Source: a virus
Taxonomy: Duplodnaviria > Caudoviricetes
Virus record (IMG/VR): IMGVR_UViG_3300032373_001207
Location: 1 to 51,874 of that record
Direction: 5' to 3' (one strand)
Length of the DNA stretch: 51,874 nucleotides
Part shown: positions 47,701-51,874 of the stretch, in pieces
Layout of the letters: every line of letters begins with the position of its first letter
How positions within the stretch are numbered: the first letter of the stretch is position 1
Program-made: the position numbers and the translations under genes
Notes under the pieces: model-generated
What the model was told of the DNA's origin: nothing
The model's database searches: none
Seen by the model: only the letters and a program-made list of their open reading frames with translations

Positions 47701-49188
47701 CTGGCGACCGCTCCATACTTGACGCAGTTTACATCGGCTCGGCGCGTTTCTATGGAACTGGCCCGTGCCTATAAGGACGTCGGCAAAATGGCTTGGCGCA
47801 AGCCGAACATGGATGGTGGCGCGATGGAATTCTTCGATCCATCCAAGGCACCGGCAGACGTAAAAGAAGATCTGCAAAGAGCTTGGGATGACGGCACCCT
47901 GGTTCCGTTGGTGACATTGGAGCAAATGGGCGTGGCGCACGGCCGGGAGAAATTCCGTCGCGGCATTGGCAAAGGATCTCAGGCCGCCGTGGAGTTTGCT
48001 GGATCGCTGTTCACCGGTGCAGAACGGGCCAACAGGCTGGTGACCTTCATCGCCGCCCACCGGCTTGCTCGGCAGAAGGGTTTCATGTTCAAGGTGAACG
48101 AGGTGCTGAAGGATAATGGCCTATGGCAGCACCAGGCCAAGGATATGAACCCAGGGAACTTCGCCGAGTGGGCAATCGACGAAACACATTTTGTAATGGG
48201 AAAACGTAACCGGCCGACACTATTTCGCGGTGTCGGTACGGCGGTCTTTCAGTTCAGGGGCTTCTCCGTTCAATACTTGGAGCTGATGTGGCGCATGGCC
48301 AGTCAGAACGGGGCGGAGGGCAAGCGGGCGTTTGCCATGCTCTTGGGTGGGCTGGTCGCGTCCGCTGGCGTGTGGGGGCTGCCGTTTGGAGATGACCTGA
48401 AGGACGTGATTGAGCAGCTTTATGCCTTCGCCACAGATCGAGAAATCGACTTAGAAGCCGAACTGCGCGAAGCGATCTATGACACAAGTGGGTCTGCGCT
48501 CCTGGCCGAGGCCGTTAACCGCGGCCCAATGCGCATGGTGGGTGCCGATATGTCTCATCGCATTGGTATGGGGTCCGTCCTGCCGATGAACACCTTCATG
48601 GGGCTTATGGGGGTCCAAACACGTCAAGGTGGCGAGGTCATGGGGGTTGGCTGGGATATGACGGTCGGGCGCGTTAAGCGGATCGTCGATCATTTGAAGA
48701 ACGATCAACTGGCAATGGCAGGATCAGAGGCCTTGCCGGCCTTCGCTAAAAACCCTGTGCAATCCATCTTGTGGAGCACGGACGGGGTTCGGTCGCGCGG
48801 GACGGGACGGGCGCAAATTCCGGAAAATAAAATCACCGATATGGACGTGGCGCTGAAGTGGTTTGGGTTTACGCCGGTTCATATCACGAGGGAACGCGAA
48901 GTCGAGTGGGCTAAAATCCGCTCCACCAGAGCGGTAACAAACCTACAGGCGCGCTTTTACACGAAGATGGTCCGGTCGATTGTCGAGGGTGATAAAGACG
49001 GCGTGGCGGCGCTCTTTGCTGAAATAAAGGACTACAACGCGGACAAGCCGTTTCATAAGCAGATACGTCTCAGTCGAACATACCTCAATCGACTTGTTCG
49101 CCTAGAAGTGAGTGGATACGAGGGCCGAAAGCTGCCGAGAAAGGCCCGTCCGCATGGGGCAAAGCTTGATCAGGTGTACCCGAATTGA
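41737..49188 (+). CDS. Large polyvalent virion/ejection protein (inorganic pyrophosphatase-like, MuF-C/PBECR-like, HExxH metallopeptidase-like, PLxRFG-like regions)
   Basis: GNYKKGHV...ENPKGSVRSG...HYGYI...GADGDKVDVF; ISDPVMVMKS...SAYGK; VRHEDIHAL; YVPFSRFG. Confidence 0.85.
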   Translation: MADQPLKLVSDAEFFGEPQQQEITKPTGFLSDEEFFGERVSPSGPVEQDSSFTGSVARGVDLAQGMGYSFIEASGEAMGSDTLKDFGKEGRERNMVEMGQNPRTQNFKDIGSFGDAVDWAKETAGEQAAMMAPSMAGGIGGAALGAATPIPGGAVIGGIIGAVVPSFILGTGETQMAIKEKDPNAEAPGMAFLGGSAIAALDSVLPGKLGSYVVKAYGRETAEAIVREALKKRLVKEIPKGMALEGVTEAVQEAISEAAAAHGTGQEIDWSGLQDQMIEAGAAGALMGGGATGATEVGTAIMQGNQAPTEQDLEDQINAERAKNIDEGVRVLSGEEVQAAPDVSPPLSTAQPLEDGLPNSAPLGATMPEGTGERHAPVKAEVPVDVDLAATQANTAPSDAQKEAGNYKKGHVKVQGLDIAIENPKGSVRSGSDEDGKAWETVMRSHYGYIKTAEGADGDKVDVFINTATNGIGETAFVVDQVVGGQFDEHKVVLGAESIADAKAIYSENYAPDWDGIGAVTPMHMDDFKTWLKDGNTKKPVAWTAPLDDQLPADMQPVSRETNQEQTPAFNVDAHYGAAVAFAKAQGKKLTPLFLSKALGVTGKEARALLDILAARGVIRKSKDKGTYSRIPVRKGPVDVLTYIADRGGLRDDEGHDLKKGRGGQRFIPGVGPLIRSSGHGVDALGEMLHEDGYFGPLDTTPRPTEAQVLEVLDRALSGEKVYIPEEAHLPGETRAAEESKAGEAEVRTRVSELELDLNDGEVSYVAGWVGQGMSLDDAIAATIEQRTGKWAEAQNPTFEDEVIDIPWDEIMLTEPADLEAGIRYTAPRVAEQSFDAPFAKVTNDEPRTAPQDGQPDQDRPGEARAQDRPEGSGRGAEARPEPGETGRAPAGQENPGLATAQTDQAPADTAGVSDSVSKTPKTTHELNAARDRVYRPDKKLYGYSSVDLSTNYTMEELNQLRLSVETDPANQEDTGLYLYTKPARSKLDKIAWAVRYKMEEKRKAAKATTETVTNVAGATEQGVIPGAEKISDKELAERKMAEKKKSDVTQKDAGSDGGLFDTGARDQGDLLDVAAKPVVSHKTENIDDKPKAKNPNGTDLLGDKAKITDKGVEMYAAAMPRGAAYTQLVADQNHFSSEVDDALAGKRKGSRAFLTVGETPLILNRLGVKRKKLMMRASKPQEILDTHDGMTIDLIKRAPTLISDPVMVMKSGSRGNPHALVAVLNEVDANGELLVAVVTPATGRVQVDTFSSAYGKTTNPQRFIDDAVAQKRVRYYNEEMALNHPGITGVQFPRWGAVKRHIPNVLSHDDFVKARAQKPDVYSVLGEYSWKDSVDRKKLVEQIIAIHKRIAPKTDIEVVEQLFGNIEGRGLEEVGGVYSPGKNLVRVAVDFGNAEALVRHEDIHALRDMGMFTKTEWNILSQKARRQWIEDYKIDVRYPKHSKEKAAEEAIGDAFADYMTGDARFSPVIRRIFDKIKQFFERLGNLLNGQGYQSVEDIFDRVERGDVGKRQANHDTDATSSIDDLYSVDEDPISELASSKDFAERAAETLQTPEQKQGALKTALDGVRDFVTSPAIPHAKDLNWFQKAMVHPRMIAEMFPKFTPVWLAAEKQFKRRDTINAELTSIMEPYHALELDSKARVHAVLELGRLQGEVIDSKNVGLTNTWGDTDMSKLGERINLTEDESKAYHAVRKTMDRVLQLYTKQVLNEWGYDQKDSPKTSAELEALSKELYEKAKDAESHEEAKDLNREGDTAKEAAKIIGEIEAAKATGYVPFSRFGDVGITVRDKGNSVVHFEKIEVGGAVGRLVNRKKVQDVRRRLMEQYPKSKGYAVGNAQQMTNAADMAAAGLKIGDIDALADIAGIEDSEWAGTREKLNKATMKAGFRKHFIGSKKTAGYSTDFERSLADSITSVSSYLARREVREEMEQAQAQLASPQNKQTNLYEYAKTYGDYVQSPGESLQWFRSLNFFYYLSGNVSSAVVNLTQVGLATAPYLTQFTSARRVSMELARAYKDVGKMAWRKPNMDGGAMEFFDPSKAPADVKEDLQRAWDDGTLVPLVTLEQMGVAHGREKFRRGIGKGSQAAVEFAGSLFTGAERANRLVTFIAAHRLARQKGFMFKVNEVLKDNGLWQHQAKDMNPGNFAEWAIDETHFVMGKRNRPTLFRGVGTAVFQFRGFSVQYLELMWRMASQNGAEGKRAFAMLLGGLVASAGVWGLPFGDDLKDVIEQLYAFATDREIDLEAELREAIYDTSGSALLAEAVNRGPMRMVGADMSHRIGMGSVLPMNTFMGLMGVQTRQGGEVMGVGWDMTVGRVKRIVDHLKNDQLAMAGSEALPAFAKNPVQSILWSTDGVRSRGTGRAQIPENKITDMDVALKWFGFTPVHITREREVEWAKIRSTRAVTNLQARFYTKMVRSIVEGDKDGVAALFAEIKDYNADKPFHKQIRLSRTYLNRLVRLEVSGYEGRKLPRKARPHGAKLDQVYPN
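44186..44214 (+). promoter_or_regulatory. Internal sigma70-type promoter for the nested ORF
   Basis: CTGACT-17-TATACT. Confidence 0.55.
44270..44431 (+). CDS. Nested 53-aa ORF in the +1 frame of the giant gene (not in ORF track)
   Basis: AAGGTG RBS; MNREQRLKMASQTRTALEKHGHKIDPKDQAEGLRHARNLEKLAEHLPDKKTQA; promoter upstream and hairpin downstream. Confidence 0.6.
   Translation: MNREQRLKMASQTRTALEKHGHKIDPKDQAEGLRHARNLEKLAEHLPDKKTQA
44450..44478 (+). terminator. Terminator-like hairpin after the nested ORF
   Basis: AAGCCCCCGC-7nt-GCGGGGGTTT; weak U tract. Confidence 0.5.
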
Positions 49189-49245
49189 TGGATTGCCGAT
49201 TAATCGCTAAGGTAGCGTCGTGAGATTGTTGGCGCGGGGGGTAAA

Positions 49246-49602
49246 ATGATGAATTGCAGATCAATAGGGGCCGTAGTTTTGGTGGTGATGGTTTTGTTTC
49301 CAGCAACCGCAAGCACTACTGAGTGGGACTATGGGAGCACAGGAAGGCTGGCTCAGGCATGCACTCGTTCCAATGATGTTTGGGCTGGATATTGCAGAGG
49401 TATGATAATTGGCGTTGCATCAATTATGTCAGCCAATGCTCAAGTTGAGCCTCGTCCGCCATATTTTGCGTGCGTTGGAAATGACGATGTATCAGAGATA
49501 ATAAATAAGTTTGTTTCGTGGTCTAAGGATGGGCAGAAAGATTTATCGGAAGACGCACCGATAGGGCTTATTCGGTTCCTCAGGGCCACGTATCCTTGTT
49601 AA
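49246..49602 (+). CDS. Rap1a/Tai-like secreted immunity protein
   Basis: Signal peptide; TGRLAQAC...YCRGMIIGV...C...LRATYPC cysteine pattern. Confidence 0.78.
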   Translation: MMNCRSIGAVVLVVMVLFPATASTTEWDYGSTGRLAQACTRSNDVWAGYCRGMIIGVASIMSANAQVEPRPPYFACVGNDDVSEIINKFVSWSKDGQKDLSEDAPIGLIRFLRATYPC

Positions 49603-49604
49603 TT

Positions 49605-49745
49605 TTATTTACTTTTTTCAACGTGTTGGACCAAGATGCGTTCGATGTAATTGGCTAGCGTGCGGCCATCTTTCTCCGCCAACTGTTCAAGCTTTTCTTT
49701 GAGTTCCGGTTCAACTCGGATTCCAATTGCCGCAGATCGGGCCAT
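49605..49745 (-). CDS. 46-aa ribbon-helix-helix (Arc/CopG-like) regulator (not in ORF track)
   Basis: GGAG RBS; MARSAAIGIRVEPELKEKLEQLAEKDGRTLANYIERILVQHVEKSK. Confidence 0.88.
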   Translation of the reverse strand: MARSAAIGIRVEPELKEKLEQLAEKDGRTLANYIERILVQHVEKSK

Positions 49746-49762
49746 GTCTTCACTCCGTTAAC

Positions 49763-49828
49763 ATTGTTTGCAGATAGTTGTTGACAACAAACAACAACAG
49801 CATCACTCTATACACATCTGCAAACAAT
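49763..49828 (+). promoter_or_regulatory. Promoter of the RAMP operon flanked by a perfect 13-bp inverted repeat
   Basis: TTGACA (49781)-17-CACTCT; ATTGTTTGCAGAT 49763-49775 and ATCTGCAAACAAT 49816-49828. Confidence 0.7.
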
Positions 49829-49848
49829 TGCAACACGGAGCAATCGAA

Positions 49849-50046
49849 ATGCGCACCTATAAAAGTACGGACTCAAACATCGTCCAGGTGGATTTCAGAG
49901 AGAAGCCCAAAGCCTGGAATCTTCGGGACGAAGTCAGAAAGCGCGGCATACCTAGAGGGCAGGGCGTTAACCGTCCTGACGTGGTTACCTCAATCCTCAG
50001 GGGTGTGAACGAAAACGCACTTGTCCGTGGGGTGACCCATGGCTAA
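49849..50046 (+). CDS. Small protein, paralogue of 41078..41284
   Basis: GGAG RBS before MRTYKS; overlaps the RAMP start by 8 nt. Confidence 0.75.
   Translation: MRTYKSTDSNIVQVDFREKPKAWNLRDEVRKRGIPRGQGVNRPDVVTSILRGVNENALVRGVTHG
49876..49996 (+). repeat. 121-bp direct repeat, copy 2
   Basis: Matches 41114-41234. Confidence 0.92.
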
Positions 50047-50635
50047 GGCCGCAACGGAAAAGGTCGACCTACCAGCCCTGAACATCCAGGGCTTTGAATT
50101 GACGCTGGTCGGGGATAGCCCCCTGATTTGCCATGCTTGGTCGAAGAAGGCCAAAGAGATGATGCTGGCGAAGCAGATGAAAAAACCCGCAACCGCAAAG
50201 GTGGCGAAGGACCCGGAGCAGGATTACCAAGACAGCCTCTATCCGCACCCTGAGGGCGGCTACGGTTTTCCCGCAGTGGCGTTTAAATCAGCAGCAGTCA
50301 GTGCCTGTCGGGCGCTCGATAAAAGCATCACCATGGTCCAGGCGCGCGGCGCGTTCCACGTTATAGGTGAGTTGGTGAAAATCGACGGCGATCCGCGGCC
50401 CCGCGAAGATATGGTGCGGATTGGCATGGGCACCGCAGATATCAGGTTCCGGGGAGAGTTTCCAGTTTGGAATACCACATTCTTGGTGCGCTACAACGCT
50501 AACGTTCTAACGGCCGAGCAAATTATAAATCTGTTCAACCACGCCGGATTCCACGTCGGCGTGGGCGAGAACAGGCCCGAAAAGTCCGGCAACGGCTTTG
50601 GCATGTTCCACGTCGCTATTGAAGGGGAGGCGTGA
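50039..50635 (+). CDS. Stand-alone RAMP/Cas7-like RNA-binding protein
   Basis: LTLVGDSPLICH (like Csm3 beta1/SPLHIG), GFPAVAFKSAAVSA (like IPGSSLKGALRS), C-terminal Gly-rich loop GVGENRPEKSGNGFGMF. Confidence 0.75.
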   Translation: MAKAATEKVDLPALNIQGFELTLVGDSPLICHAWSKKAKEMMLAKQMKKPATAKVAKDPEQDYQDSLYPHPEGGYGFPAVAFKSAAVSACRALDKSITMVQARGAFHVIGELVKIDGDPRPREDMVRIGMGTADIRFRGEFPVWNTTFLVRYNANVLTAEQIINLFNHAGFHVGVGENRPEKSGNGFGMFHVAIEGEA

Positions 50636-51123
50636 TCATGACGGATAAAATCTATTCCTGGAAAGATGGCGCCATCATCAAGGCAGATGCCCAGAAGGTT
50701 GGCGAACGCCTTGAGTGGCTGGAAAAACGCCACAATGGGCTGTTATCCGCAGAAGCGGTATTAAACGACGCCAAGAAAAAAACGTCACCCTTGAACAAAG
50801 CGTTCGAGTGGGATGACACGGAAGCCGCACAGCAATATCGCTTGGAGCAGGCGCGGGCCTTGATGCGGATGATCACGGTGGAAATCCGACAGGTTAAGAC
50901 CAAGACACATAAGCCGGTCAGGGCCTACGTGAATGTACGGCGTGCAGACGACAAGGGATACGCGCCGGTCGCTCAAGTCATGAATGACACCGAATTGCGG
51001 GAGCAAGTCCTGCAGCGGGCATGGCGTGAACTGCAAAACTGGCGGGACCGCTACCGCGAATACGAAGAACTGATTGAGATATTCACCGCCATCGAGCAAA
51101 CGGCGGACAAGATCAGCGCTTAA
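50632..51123 (+). CDS. Partner protein of the RAMP gene, function unknown
   Basis: GTGA overlap with RAMP stop; SPLNKAFEWDDTEAAQQYRLEQAR. Confidence 0.8.
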   Translation: MIMTDKIYSWKDGAIIKADAQKVGERLEWLEKRHNGLLSAEAVLNDAKKKTSPLNKAFEWDDTEAAQQYRLEQARALMRMITVEIRQVKTKTHKPVRAYVNVRRADDKGYAPVAQVMNDTELREQVLQRAWRELQNWRDRYREYEELIEIFTAIEQTADKISA

Positions 51124-51136
51124 GGATTGGGTTACG

Positions 51137-51278
51137 CCGAGAGTTCCTTACAACCTCGGGGCCGGAAACGGCAGCAAGGCAGGCGAGGCAAGGTGAGGTA
51201 TGGCGAGGTCTGTCGAGGAGCGGCGAGGCCTGGCAAGTCGAGGCTAACAGGGGCAGTTCTTCGGAGCTGCCCTTTTTT
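51137..51278 (+). ncRNA. Putative guide RNA with 12 GGY-NN pentamers, two 5' hairpins and a 3' terminator
   Basis: From 51182: GGCGA GGCAA GGTGA GGTAT GGCGA GGTCT GTCGA GGAGC GGCGA GGCCT GGCAA GTCGA GGC; hairpins 51137-51159 and GCCG-GAAA-CGGC 51161-51172; 5' end uncertain. Confidence 0.75.
51249..51278 (+). terminator. Intrinsic terminator
   Basis: AGGGGCAGTTC-TTCG-GAGCTGCCCTT-TTTT. Confidence 0.88.
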
Positions 51279-51298
51279 ATTGAAGATGGAGCGGCAAG

Positions 51299-51874
51299 AT
51301 GAAGGTTTATGACCTGATTGAAGATATCGTACGTCGGGAAGGTGGTTTCTCCGCTGACCCGAAAGACCGCGCGCATTATGGCAAAGCGAAAGATCATCAC
51401 AAATGGGATTGCTATTGCACCAACATGGGCATCACCCAGGCTACGCTTTCCGACTATTTCGGCCGTCAAGCCACGCAAGACGAGGTCCGCAGCCTGGAAC
51501 CGGCTCTGGCGCATGAGATTTACGAGAGCCGATATGTGACGGGTCCACGCTTTCACACCATGCCGGATATGATTGTTGAGGCGCTCGTCGACGGCGGAGT
51601 CCATTCAGGGCCACGTCGGTCGGCCCGGTGGCTCCAGGAAGTCCTCAACATGGCCGGATATGGCCTTCTATCTACAGATGGGGCCATTGGCCCGTCCACG
51701 CGCTCAGCAGCCACTACAGCGGCGGAAGAGATGGGTCCGTGGTTGGTGAACGCGCTTATTGAGCAAAGGAGACAGTTTTTGCTGGCATTGATCGCCGCAG
51801 ACCCCACGCAGCAGCGCTTTCACGATGGGTGGATGGCGCGGCTTAATAGTTTGGAAGTGGAGACGGACACATGA
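51299..51874 (+). CDS. Endolysin, glycoside hydrolase family 108 with peptidoglycan-binding domain
   Basis: REGGF..DPKD; TNMGITQATL; DGGVHSG; DGAIGPST; RFHDGWMAR. Confidence 0.92.
   Translation: MKVYDLIEDIVRREGGFSADPKDRAHYGKAKDHHKWDCYCTNMGITQATLSDYFGRQATQDEVRSLEPALAHEIYESRYVTGPRFHTMPDMIVEALVDGGVHSGPRRSARWLQEVLNMAGYGLLSTDGAIGPSTRSAATTAAEEMGPWLVNALIEQRRQFLLALIAADPTQQRFHDGWMARLNSLEVETDT

Larger units (their letters stand above)
1..51874. mobile_element. Temperate phage/prophage with P22-like short-tail virion genes, probable alphaproteobacterial host; ends and integrase not in window
   Basis: Lambdoid organisation: divergent repressor/cro switch, recombination and replication genes, terminase-portal-scaffold-capsid, adaptor/nozzle/tailspikes, ejection proteins, endolysin; no tape measure or sheath gene. 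Confidence 0.95.

Noticed and set aside
51182-51244. Canonical CRISPR array
   Set aside because: No 23-47-bp repeats with spacers here or noticed elsewhere; no cas1/cas2
51127-51312. 61-aa ORF across the pentamer tract, and antisense ORF 51113..51604
   Set aside because: Arg/Gly-rich translation is a by-product of the repeat; TTG start, and it runs through a strong terminator

Overview
The window is an almost complete temperate phage or prophage with a short-tailed (P22-like) virion module. The host is probably an alphaproteobacterium, inferred from GapR-, GcrA- and CtrA-like genes and a PolA-like nuclease. Layout: leftward early genes (1-8.5 kb: TraR/DksA, LexA-like, Bet/RecT, PolA-type 5'-3' nuclease fusion, DUF5131, ASCH); a cI/cro switch with four GTGCA-N5-TGCAC operators; rightward replication and regulatory genes (9.7-18.7 kb); packaging, head, tail and ejection genes (19.3-40.2 kb); a 2483-aa polyvalent virion protein; and a GH108 endolysin. 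No integrase is visible in the window. The standout is at 49.6-51.3 kb. A regulated operon there encodes a stand-alone RAMP/Cas7-like protein and a partner protein, followed by a terminated non-coding RNA made of 12 GGY-NN pentamers. Read with every third base skipped, the variable NN dinucleotides spell codon positions 1-2 of [DE][KN][DE][IM][DE]L[DE]A[DE]L[KN][DE]. This matches DREIDLEAELRE at 48436-48471 in the phage's own giant virion gene (19/24 nt). It suggests a CRISPR-array-independent, wobble-skipping RNA-guided system aimed at related phages. A complete small transcription unit is also nested out of frame inside the giant gene. All family calls come from motif recognition by eye; no searches were run.
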